From Prevotellaceae bacterium (lineage in GTDB: Bacteria; Bacteroidota; Bacteroidia; Bacteroidales; UBA932), in contig JAISDB010000152.1 of NCBI GenBank assembly GCA_031265155.1, positions 1 to 50,692 of the forward strand: a stretch of 50,692 bases of DNA, read 5' to 3'. The position numbers and the translations under genes were made by a program. Below, in pieces: positions 25,499 to 33,827 of the stretch (position 1 is the first letter of the stretch; each line of letters starts with the position of its first letter). Below the pieces are notes generated by a model. The model saw only the letters and a program-made list of their open reading frames with translations. It was not told the origin of the DNA and searched no databases.

Positions 25499-26086
25499 GC
25501 CTTTCGCCGATAAGAAAAAGATCTAAAACACTCCGGTGTAGCCTTTCGCCGATAAGATCAAGATCTAAAACACTCCGGTGTAGCCTTTCGCCGATAAGAT
25601 CAAGATCTAAAATACTCCGGCATAGCCTTACACCGATAAGATCAAGATCTAAAATACTCCGGCATAGCCTTACACCGATAAGATCAAGATCTAAAATACT
25701 CCGGCATAGCCTTACACCGATAAGATCAAGATGTAAAACACTCCGGCATAGCCTTACACCGATAAGATCAAGATCTAAAATACTCCGGCATAGCCTTACA
25801 CCGATAAGATCAAGATCTAAAATACTCCGGCATAGCCTTACACCAATAAGATCAAGATCTAAAATACTCCGGCATAGCCTTACACCGATAAGATCAAGAT
25901 CTAAAACACTCCGGCGAAGCCTTACGCCGATATGATCAAGATCTAAAATACTCAGGCGTATCCTTACGCCGATAAGATCAAGATCTAAAACACTCCGGTG
26001 TAGCCTTTCGCCGATAAGATCAAGATCTAAAATACTCCTGCGTAGCCTTTCGCCGACATGATCAAGATCTAAAACACTCCGGCGTA
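25499..26086. repeat. tandem array, 14 x 42 bp, each unit carrying an inverted repeat and two GATC sites
   Basis: Units were counted by hand. The consensus is gccttacgccgataagatcaagatctaaaayactccggcgta. Units 3-10 are nearly identical. A 15th unit breaks off at 26087. Confidence 0.92.
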
Positions 26087-26134
26087 GCCATTGTTTTATT
26101 ACCGATTTCATGTAAATATTTTTATAATTAACTC

Positions 26135-26312
26135 ATGTTATGCAGGACAGTTAAAGCCGCATTGCCTGAAAGGCAGGACAAACGGAGCGTACGAAAGTTC
26201 TGCCTTTCAGGCAGTATGATATTGCAGTTTCCTTGCCGATGGTCATCGACCACCGGTTATGAAAATTACGTCCTTTCAGGACTGTGCGGCTCCGACCGGT
26301 TGTGCGTAACAT
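26135..26312 (+). ncRNA. candidate structured RNA / cis element (unclassified)
   Basis: It has a closing helix 26135-26144/26303-26312, an inner helix 26155-26162/26284-26291, a 16-bp hairpin 26164-26179/26197-26212 and a small hairpin 26270-26282. G-U pairs favour the + strand. Confidence 0.3.
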
Positions 26313-26390
26313 CAGTTATTAAATATAACTTTAATAAATAATTAGGCATTGAAAGAAGATTTCAGCGCGTTACACAATTCAAACCATACA

Positions 26391-26421
26391 AAAAACGGCT
26401 GACTTTCGGTCAACCGTTTTT
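26391..26421. terminator. bidirectional intrinsic terminator downstream of the alkaline phosphatase gene
   Basis: AAAAACGGCTGAC-tttcg-GTCAACCGTTTTT. The stem has one mismatch and is flanked by A5 and T5. Confidence 0.6.
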
Positions 26422-26443
26422 ATACTGCTGAAATGAATTTTAT

Positions 26444-27661
26444 TTAAAATTCAAATCCTGCCGCCTGCATTATTTTACGGGGAATTTCGGTATTGTCAAA
26501 CTTGCCCGTGAATAATTCGGCTCCTGCGCCTGTTGCATACAGCGGTACAACAATTCCCGTATGTCCTTTTGTGCTGAAGCCAACGCCTGCCGCAGTGTTT
26601 ATCGAATCGCAAATCGCTCTGCCGTTTTCCTTGTCTAAAACGCCTACTGAACCTGTCTGTCCGTCAAGGCTTGCAAAGCCCTGCTTTCCGCCTCCCGTTC
26701 GCGCCAGCGTTATGCCTCCTGTTTCGTGGTCAGCCGTAACGATTATAAGAGTTTCGTCAGGATATTTATTGTAAAAATCAACGGCAACCTGCACTGCTTC
26801 CGACAAATCAATAACTTCTCTGACTGTTCCTGCCGCATCGTTATCGTGTGCGCACCAGTCGATGATTCCGCCTTCTGCCATAATAAAAAATCCTTTGTCT
26901 TCTCTTGCCTTAAGGAATTTTATTTCGGCTTCTACAATGTCCGAAAGCTTTGCTTCGCCCTGTTTTCTGTTGATTGAATACGACAGGTTTTGTATATCAT
27001 CATTTTCATTGAAAAAAGCGACGACCTTACTTACATTTGCCGAAATTTCGTTTATTTCTTTTACTCCGCGAGTAACCGCATATCCATTGTTTCCGGTTAT
27101 TTCTTCCAGCGATTGCAGATCTTTGGTTTTACCTTTGTCCTGCATAAAACTTCCGCCTCCGAAAAAATCAAATCCGCTTTGCCAAAGCTGAAGACCTATT
27201 TCGTAATAAGCAGTACGGCTAATATTGTTTGCATAAAAAGCAGCCGGTGTCGCATGGTTTACAGCAACGTTTGAACTTATTCCTATTTTAAATCCCTTTT
27301 CCTTGAGCCTGTACGAAACGCTTTTGAGTTTTGTAATCGAATCGGGAGCCATGCCAAGCATGTGGTTTTTGGTTTTGTATCCTGTGGAAAATGCCGTTCC
27401 GGATGCGGATGAGCATGTAGTAAAGCTGCTTGCCGAATACGTTGTTACAAACCCGGTGTATGGAAATTTTGAAAACGACAGATATTCGCTTCCTATGTTT
27501 CCCGACCTGTCAGCCAGATATGCTTCGGTAAGCGTAACATGAGCAATTCCCATGCCATCGCCTACGAAAAGAAATATGTATTTGGCTTTTTTACTGTTTT
27601 GTGCAAAACATGCACTGCAAACCATTACGATGCATAAAATTGTGGATAGTATCTTTTTCAT
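26444..27661 (-). CDS. alkaline phosphatase (PhoA family)
   Basis: 405 aa. It has a signal peptide, GDGMG with the nucleophile region, and the TADHETGG metal-site motif. Confidence 0.9.
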   Translation of the reverse strand: MKKILSTILCIVMVCSACFAQNSKKAKYIFLFVGDGMGIAHVTLTEAYLADRSGNIGSEYLSFSKFPYTGFVTTYSASSFTTCSSASGTAFSTGYKTKNHMLGMAPDSITKLKSVSYRLKEKGFKIGISSNVAVNHATPAAFYANNISRTAYYEIGLQLWQSGFDFFGGGSFMQDKGKTKDLQSLEEITGNNGYAVTRGVKEINEISANVSKVVAFFNENDDIQNLSYSINRKQGEAKLSDIVEAEIKFLKAREDKGFFIMAEGGIIDWCAHDNDAAGTVREVIDLSEAVQVAVDFYNKYPDETLIIVTADHETGGITLARTGGGKQGFASLDGQTGSVGVLDKENGRAICDSINTAAGVGFSTKGHTGIVVPLYATGAGAELFTGKFDNTEIPRKIMQAAGFEF

Positions 27662-27683
27662 TTTTTATAAATTAAAACGAAAA

Positions 27684-27704
27684 GAGGTGCATAACGCGCA
27701 CCCC
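27684..27704 (-). terminator. terminator-like hairpin between exbD and the alkaline phosphatase gene
   Basis: On the - strand it reads GGGGTGC-gcgttat-GCACCTC followed by TTTTCGTTTT. It ends only about 23 nt before the phosphatase ATG. Confidence 0.45.
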
Positions 27705-27726
27705 TTTTTGTTGTGTTCAACATTTT

Positions 27727-28191
27727 TTATTCCGCCTTAAGTGCATTGTACATAATTTTTAATGCCTGACAGCGTCTCAGTTCTTCTTTTACATCCGACA
27801 CTATGCCCATTCTTGTTTCACTGTCTATTTTAAGAGCGGTTGTCATGTACGGACGGTCTTTTTCATCCAGACCTTCGCGGAATGATGCTATAAAGTTACG
27901 AATATCGTCAACAGTTTTGAACGAGTCGTTCAACTGAATACGCGTATCGGTGCCGTATCTTGCCTGCTCGGATGCAATAGGAGGTCCTATGTTAATGTAA
28001 ACGGTAAGGTCTTTGCGTTCCAGCTTGGCAACTTCCGAAGCCTTTGGAACATCGGTTCTTACTTTTACTTCGCTTTCGCGCATTGTTGTTGTTACCATAA
28101 AAAAGAACAGTAAGATAAACACAATGTCGCCCATGGATGCAGTATTAAATCCTGCAAGTTTTTTTGCTTTTTTCCCTGTGAATTTTGCCAT
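27727..28191 (-). CDS. ExbD/TolR family biopolymer transport protein
   Basis: 154 aa. It has a single N-terminal TM (IVFILLFFFMVTT) and a periplasmic ExbD-like domain. It is part of the ExbB-ExbD cluster. Confidence 0.85.
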   Translation of the reverse strand: MAKFTGKKAKKLAGFNTASMGDIVFILLFFFMVTTTMRESEVKVRTDVPKASEVAKLERKDLTVYINIGPPIASEQARYGTDTRIQLNDSFKTVDDIRNFIASFREGLDEKDRPYMTTALKIDSETRMGIVSDVKEELRRCQALKIMYNALKAE

Positions 28192-28202
28192 TGTATTATC
28201 TC

Positions 28203-28787
28203 CTATCTGTTTTTACGGGTATCTTTCGGCGGTGATTCCGATATTCTTTGTCTGTAAATTTTAGTAATTACGTCTCGCTGATTTTCATTCAAGTCGTCAA
28301 ATTTTCTTCCGTATCTCGCTGTAGATTCTTCGTTACGCAATTCGTTGTATGCAGCAGTAAGTTCGTTTTGTACGCGCAAATATGCTTCGTAACTTGTGCT
28401 GCGAACATTTTGTAATGAAATAACTGCCTCCGATACGGGAACAAGTCCTATGCCCGGTATATTTTCTTCTTTTTTGCTTGATTTTGCAGGATCGTTTGCC
28501 GGATTTTGAATAAATTCCTTAGTCGTAAGTTTCAAATCCCTGATATCTATTTGCTTTTTATTGACAGAAAGTCTGTCCTGTCCATCAACAAGTACCTGTA
28601 ATACATTATGCGGTTTAATCTGGATTTCTACCTTGTTTTCCTCTTCAGGTATCGGCGGCAACAGACGATTTATCCCCATGCTTTGATCCATGCTGGACGT
28701 CATCAAAAAGAAGCAAATCAAAAGAAACGATATATCGGCAGTACTTGTACTGTTTAATTCGGGCGTTTCTTTCTTATTTCTTGTCAT
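28203..28787 (-). CDS. ExbD/TolR family biopolymer transport protein (long form)
   Basis: 194 aa. It has an N-terminal TM (DISFLLICFFLMTS), an ExbD-like core and a C-terminal extension. Confidence 0.8.
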   Translation of the reverse strand: MTRNKKETPELNSTSTADISFLLICFFLMTSSMDQSMGINRLLPPIPEEENKVEIQIKPHNVLQVLVDGQDRLSVNKKQIDIRDLKLTTKEFIQNPANDPAKSSKKEENIPGIGLVPVSEAVISLQNVRSTSYEAYLRVQNELTAAYNELRNEESTARYGRKFDDLNENQRDVITKIYRQRISESPPKDTRKNR

Positions 28788-28808
28788 GATTATATAATTT
28801 TACAAAAT

Positions 28809-29279
28809 TTATTTTTTAACATATCCTTTAAGCATCGACCACAGGATTACAGCAACTGCCAGTATCAATGCAATTTCAGCTCCGATTATGTTCATATTTG
28901 CAGTTAGAAAATCAGCCTTGTATTCATCCTGCTGTTTCGGCAATAAAGTATTCCATATTGCTTCGCCATCGGGTTTGCCCTGTGATAATAAATAAACTAT
29001 ACCAGAGGCAATAATAATTCCAACAATAACAAACAGCGTCCGCTTTAACGATTTCGGATTTTTTATTATTGAAGGAAGAGGCAAAAACAATACCAAAACC
29101 ACCGTAATTCCAAGCAGGCAATATGCCCAAAACAGCAATGGATTTACTAATCCTGCATTTACGTACACGCCATCCTGTACTTTTTCTATTGCACTGAGAT
29201 TGGCAAGTATGAATATTCCTACAATAATGGAAACAACAAACAGGATTATTGTTATGATATTTAATGTTTTTCTCGACAT
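28809..29279 (-). CDS. membrane protein of the ExbB-ExbD cluster
   Basis: 156 aa with four predicted TM helices. I recall no family name. It is tightly packed between exbB and exbD. Confidence 0.55.
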   Translation of the reverse strand: MSRKTLNIITIILFVVSIIVGIFILANLSAIEKVQDGVYVNAGLVNPLLFWAYCLLGITVVLVLFLPLPSIIKNPKSLKRTLFVIVGIIIASGIVYLLSQGKPDGEAIWNTLLPKQQDEYKADFLTANMNIIGAEIALILAVAVILWSMLKGYVKK

Positions 29280-29282
29280 GAT

Positions 29283-30002
29283 TTATCTGTTTTTATTCTT
29301 TATAACCAAATCAACAAGACTGATTGAAGCATCTTCCATTTTATTAACTATGGAATCTACTTTTGAAATGATGTAATTGTAGAAAAGCTGCAGTATGATA
29401 GCAACAATAAGTCCGGCAACAGTAGTAATAAGGGCGACTTTCATACCGGCAGCAACAATTGTTGGAGAAATTTGTCCTGCATTTTCAATAGCGTTGAATG
29501 CCTGTACCATACCGATAACCGTTCCCAAGAATCCCAATGAAGGAGCAACGGCGATAAACAGCGCTATCCACGAAAGATTGCTTTCTATTTTACCCATTTG
29601 TACTCCACCGTAACTGACAACGGCTTTTTCTACCATCTCAACACCTTCGCCTGCGCGATCAAGTCCCTGATAAAAAATGCTTGCAACAGGTCCGCGCGTA
29701 TTGCGGCACAACTCTTTTGCTTCTTCAACGCCGCCGTGTGCCAGCGCTGTTTCAACATCATCAACAAGTTTTTTTGTGTTAACATCTGCAAGGTTCAGAT
29801 AAATAATTCTTTCGATTACAAATGCTAAACCCAAAATAAGACACAGAATAATCGGGGTCATAAACAGCGGACCTCCGTCAATAAAGTTTTTCTTAAGTGT
29901 CTGATGCAAAGGAACTGTAGTTTCTACTGCTTCTTGTGCGATTGCTAAATTTGCAGCAACGCTCGTTCCGATTGCTGCTAAAAACATAAATAGTTTTTTC
30001 AT
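29283..30002 (-). CDS. MotA/TolQ/ExbB proton-channel protein
   Basis: 239 aa. It has a signal-like N-terminus and the conserved C-terminal channel region APSLGFLGTVIGMVQAF. Confidence 0.9.
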   Translation of the reverse strand: MKKLFMFLAAIGTSVAANLAIAQEAVETTVPLHQTLKKNFIDGGPLFMTPIILCLILGLAFVIERIIYLNLADVNTKKLVDDVETALAHGGVEEAKELCRNTRGPVASIFYQGLDRAGEGVEMVEKAVVSYGGVQMGKIESNLSWIALFIAVAPSLGFLGTVIGMVQAFNAIENAGQISPTIVAAGMKVALITTVAGLIVAIILQLFYNYIISKVDSIVNKMEDASISLVDLVIKNKNR

Positions 30003-30148
30003 GGCTCTTTAAATTTAATTTTTTTTTTAATTTGTTTGTTTTTTATTTTATTAAGTTCAATATTTTTTAATTTAACTTTTTTCTATCCCTGTTATATTTA
30101 ATTTGAAGCCGCCAAATTACAAAAAAAATTTATTACAACAACAAAATA

Positions 30149-31171
30149 TTAAGAAATTTCTCCGCACAATGATTTTTGCAAATTCTCCTTAATATCTGTA
30201 ATTGTCTTATTATTAGCTAATAAGAACGATAATTTTATTACTGCCGCTTCAAACGTCATGTCTTTACCACAAACGACCCCTGTGTTTTTAAATAAAGTTC
30301 CCGTTTCATAACGTTCCATTTCCACGCTTCCCGCCTGACACTGGCTAATGTTTAGCGCTATCAAACCTTTGTCGATTGCCGTCCTGAATTTCGATAAAAA
30401 TTTTTCGGATGTAGGCGTATTTCCTGTTCCGAACGTTTCAATTATAATGCCTTTTAATCCTTTTATGTTCAATATATTATCAATAAAATCACAATTTATT
30501 CCCGGAAAAATTTTTAATCCTATAACCGAAGCGTCCATTTCAGTGTGAATTTTTAACACTTTTCCTGATTTTGGCTTTGCTATTGCAGGCAAATTATACT
30601 TGATTTCTACGCCTGCTTCTGCAAGCGCCGGATAGTTATACGACCTGAACGCATTAAACTTTTCGGCGCTGTGCTTTGTTGTCCGGTTTCCGCGAAACAG
30701 CTTATAGTCAAAAAATATGCATACTTCAGGAACAGCAGGCTTTCCGTTTTGTCGCGACGCTGCAATTTCTATTGCCGACAGCATATTTTCTTTTCCATCT
30801 GTGCGTATTGAATCAACAGGCAACTGAGAACCTGTGAAAATTACGGGCTTGCTTAAATTTTCCAGCATGAAGCTCAATGCAGATGCCGAATACGACATTG
30901 TATCCGTTCCGTGAAGAATTACAAATCCATCATACAAATCATAATTGTCTTTTATTATTTTTGCTATGTTCGCCCAAAATTCCGGATTAACGTCCGAAGA
31001 GTCTATGGGATTTCTAAACGAATGTGTATCTAATTTATATTTGAATTTTTTCAGTTCGGGAACTTCTTTTTCTATTTCGCTGAAATCGAACGGAACAAGC
31101 GCTCCTGTTTTCGAGTTTTGCTTCATTCCTATTGTTCCGCCTGTATATATTACAAGTACTGATGTATCCAT
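30149..31171 (-). CDS. ansA: type I L-asparaginase
   Basis: It has TGGTIGM and HGTDTM signature motifs. I place the start at MDTSVLVIYTGGTIGM (31171). The track ORF start at 31249 adds a non-homologous extension. Confidence 0.9.
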   Translation of the reverse strand: MDTSVLVIYTGGTIGMKQNSKTGALVPFDFSEIEKEVPELKKFKYKLDTHSFRNPIDSSDVNPEFWANIAKIIKDNYDLYDGFVILHGTDTMSYSASALSFMLENLSKPVIFTGSQLPVDSIRTDGKENMLSAIEIAASRQNGKPAVPEVCIFFDYKLFRGNRTTKHSAEKFNAFRSYNYPALAEAGVEIKYNLPAIAKPKSGKVLKIHTEMDASVIGLKIFPGINCDFIDNILNIKGLKGIIIETFGTGNTPTSEKFLSKFRTAIDKGLIALNISQCQAGSVEMERYETGTLFKNTGVVCGKDMTFEAAVIKLSFLLANNKTITDIKENLQKSLCGEIS

Positions 31172-31360
31172 ATATATATTTGTTATGACAATTTTATCTT
31201 TACGGTGCGAAGGTATAAATAAAATGTGATTGAAAAAAATAATTTTCAATGACAGAATACGTATAATCGCAGTTTGTAAATAATTGCCCGTTTAAAGCGG
31301 ATACGGATAACAGCGGCATTAACGGACAAACAGCTGCCGGAATGTTACGGTTTCATCCGC

Positions 31361-32131
31361 TCATGTAATTGAGAAGCATTTTTTTGCGTTTACTGTCGTT
31401 TGCTCCGAAACGGTTTTCACGCTGATGTTTTTTATTTCTGCTATTTTTTTTGCAACAAAAATAAGATTTGCGCTTTCATTGCGTTTTCCTCTGAACGGCG
31501 CAGGCGTTAAATAGGGAGAATCCGTTTCGAGTACAATTTCGTCAAGCGACATTTTTTCTACAGTCGAAGTCATTCCTGAATTTTTAAATGTTATTATTCC
31601 GCCCAGCCCGAACAGGAAACTCCCGTATGATTTTATTTTGCAGTAATCGTCACCAGTTCCTGAAAATGCATGAAAAACTCCCCGTGCCGCCAAGTCACTG
31701 CGCCTGTCGAGAATCGAAAATATTTCGTCGAAAGAATTTCGCGCATGTATAATTACAGGTAAATTATATTCGGCGGCAATCTCAAGCTGACGTTCAAAAG
31801 CTATTCTTTGCCAAACGATATTTTCCACTGTCCAGTAGCAGTCTATTCCGATTTCGCCAACAGCCACAAAAGAAAAATTTTTAATCGTTTTTTCAATAAA
31901 GTCAAGCTCCTGTCTGTATGTTTTTTCCTGTACGGATGTCGGATGCAAACCAATAGCCAGAAATACTTTTTGCGGATAATGCAAGCGCCTTGACATCATT
32001 TTTTCAAACGCTGATTTTTCTATTGCAGGAAAAATAAAAGTATCAACGCCTGCAAGCCCGGCTCTTGCAATGGTTTCATCAAAATCACTGTCAAATTCTT
32101 CCAAATATAAATGCGTATGAGTATCTATCAT
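31361..32131 (-). CDS. TatD family metal-dependent hydrolase
   Basis: 256 aa. It has the DTHTHL start, internal GEIGID, H at IIHAR and the C-terminal ETDSPYL motif. Confidence 0.9.
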   Translation of the reverse strand: MIDTHTHLYLEEFDSDFDETIARAGLAGVDTFIFPAIEKSAFEKMMSRRLHYPQKVFLAIGLHPTSVQEKTYRQELDFIEKTIKNFSFVAVGEIGIDCYWTVENIVWQRIAFERQLEIAAEYNLPVIIHARNSFDEIFSILDRRSDLAARGVFHAFSGTGDDYCKIKSYGSFLFGLGGIITFKNSGMTSTVEKMSLDEIVLETDSPYLTPAPFRGKRNESANLIFVAKKIAEIKNISVKTVSEQTTVNAKKCFSIT

Positions 32132-32147
32132 TCTGTATTTTCGTTTT

Positions 32148-33260
32148 TTACAGTTTTTTAAGCGAATATGATTTGCCCGGAAGGCTTTTTACATATCCTC
32201 CAAATTCAAGCGTGAGAAGCATTGCCGACAGTTGCGACATTGGAATTTCTGTCATGTGCGAAATATTGTCTATCGTATCGGTATCGGCTTCTTTCAAATA
32301 ATTTATTACCAGCATTTCCTTTTCGTTAAGAGTATCAAACAGCGGCAACTGTTTAGCTTTTTCATTTTTTGATATCCATCCTAAAACATATTCAATATCC
32401 GTGACATCTTCAATGAGAGCCGCTTTATTCGTTTTTACAAGCCGGTTGCAGCCTGCGGAATATTCATCGCCGACACGACCCGGAAAAGTTAATACATCGC
32501 GGTTATACGACACGGCGATATCGGCGGTAACAAGAGCGCCGCCTTTCTTGCCCGATTCTACAACTATTGTTGCATCGGCAAGTCCTGCTATTATTCTGTT
32601 TCGCTGCAGGAAATTTTTCCGGTCGAATATCGACTGTGAAGTAAAGTCGGTAATCAGTGCGCCCTGCTGCAATATCTGATTTGCAACATTCCGATGCGAA
32701 AAGGGATAAATAATATTTAATCCGCTTCCCATTACGGCTATCGTTTTCAATCCGTTTTTCAGAGCCGCCTTGTGAGCGCATACATCTATTCCGTAGGCAA
32801 GTCCGCTTACAATAACAGGCTTGTGCCTTACCGCCAAATCGGCAATAATTTTTTCACAAAGTTCCGTTCCGTAATCGGTAGCATTACGCGTACCTACCAC
32901 GCTCAAAACTTTTGCATGATTAAAATCAACATCGCCTTTTGAAAAAAATACGACAGGACTGTCGTCGCAGGCTTGCAGTCGGCGCGGATAATCTTTTTCG
33001 GTATAAATAAAGGTTTTTATGTTGTTTTTTTCTATGAAATTTATTTCTTTTTCCGCCGTTTTCACAGCCTCGTCGCGATTCGACAAAACAGAATCGGCAA
33101 GCGTGTTTCCAATTCCCGTAATTTTGCCTATTGCAGATTTGCTGTCTGAAAAAACAGCTTCAACACCGCCGCAGTAGGCAATAAGCTTCTTTGCCGTAAT
33201 GCTGCCAACATTCGGAATAAGCTCAATAGCAATATAATATTTTAACAGTTCGGTAAGCAT
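32148..33260 (-). CDS. dprA: DNA-processing protein DprA
   Basis: 370 aa. It has the Rossmann-like core GLAYGIDVCAHKAAL, GSGLNIIYP and ESGKKGGALVTA, plus a C-terminal wHTH-like domain. Confidence 0.9.
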   Translation of the reverse strand: MLTELLKYYIAIELIPNVGSITAKKLIAYCGGVEAVFSDSKSAIGKITGIGNTLADSVLSNRDEAVKTAEKEINFIEKNNIKTFIYTEKDYPRRLQACDDSPVVFFSKGDVDFNHAKVLSVVGTRNATDYGTELCEKIIADLAVRHKPVIVSGLAYGIDVCAHKAALKNGLKTIAVMGSGLNIIYPFSHRNVANQILQQGALITDFTSQSIFDRKNFLQRNRIIAGLADATIVVESGKKGGALVTADIAVSYNRDVLTFPGRVGDEYSAGCNRLVKTNKAALIEDVTDIEYVLGWISKNEKAKQLPLFDTLNEKEMLVINYLKEADTDTIDNISHMTEIPMSQLSAMLLTLEFGGYVKSLPGKSYSLKKL

Positions 33261-33460
33261 TGATTATTTCAAAATATTTGGTAAAAATAATAAAAATTCA
33301 TGAAACATTATATTCCTGCGGAATACTTTACAATAAAAAATAAAAGCAATGGATTTTTTTAATGTTCTATAAGGTTTTGTATGGGTATTAACAGAATGCC
33401 TGCTATACCGCAATGACAACCGTATGCACATTTTAGACTTGACAGGTTAGAAAAAGAAAC

Positions 33461-33536
33461 GTCATTGCGAGGCGGAACGCCGAAGCAATCCGGTATAAAT
33501 CTGCGTTATGGATTGCTTCGCTTCGCTCGCAATGAC
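33461..33536. repeat. REP-like hairpin element, copy 2
   Basis: GTCATTGCGAGGCGGAACGCCGAAGCAATCC - 18 nt - GGATTGCTTCGCTTCGCTCGCAATGAC. Confidence 0.75.
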
Positions 33537-33585
33537 GTTTCGCTGGGCTTTCGAGACACATTCAATGTCGGCAAAAAAAGAAACA

Positions 33586-33618
33586 AAACCTAACAGGTTT
33601 TAAAAACCTGTTAGGTTT
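33586..33618. repeat. perfect 15-bp-arm palindrome
   Basis: AAACCTAACAGGTTT-taa-AAACCTGTTAGGTTT, in the divergent dprA / namZ-like intergenic region. Confidence 0.85.
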
Positions 33619-33624
33619 ACTTTA

Positions 33625-33745
33625 TGTGTACTTTTGCAAAGTACAGATAGATTCTTTAAAAGTACATGTGTACTTTTGCAAAGTACAGATGGATTCTTTA
33701 AAAGTACATGTGTATTTTTACAAAGTACAGATGGATTTTAAAATT
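33625..33745. repeat. tandem repeat, about 3 x 42 bp, GTAC-rich nested palindromes
   Basis: Units run 33625-33666 and 33667-33708 (1 mismatch), plus a degenerate third. Each contains GTACTTT-tgc-AAAGTAC. The junctions form AAAAGTACA-tg-TGTACTTTT. Confidence 0.8.
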
Positions 33746-33827
33746 TAATACAAGAATATGGTGGTATCGCGTAATGATTAAAAATAATTTGTATTTTTGC
33801 AGGCATAAACAATACAAATCAAAAGTA

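Noticed and set aside
25499-26086. CRISPR array
   Set aside because: The units abut directly with no unique spacers. The variable positions are point differences within one repeated 42-mer. No cas genes or leader-like region appear in the window.
25482-26111. 209-aa reverse-strand ORF made of a 14-aa repeat (LDLDLIGVRLCRSI)
   Set aside because: It exists only because the 42-bp period is a multiple of 3 and that frame lacks stops. A plus-strand frame is likewise open over 10 units. Inter-copy changes are mostly non-synonymous CpG transitions. There is no signal peptide, recognisable fold or convincing promoter. I treat it as non-coding, but the coding possibility is listed as a refutation test.
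26135-26341. 68-aa ORF over the structured region
   Set aside because: It is Cys/Arg-rich with no family resemblance and no -7 box. The sequence is better explained by extensive base pairing.
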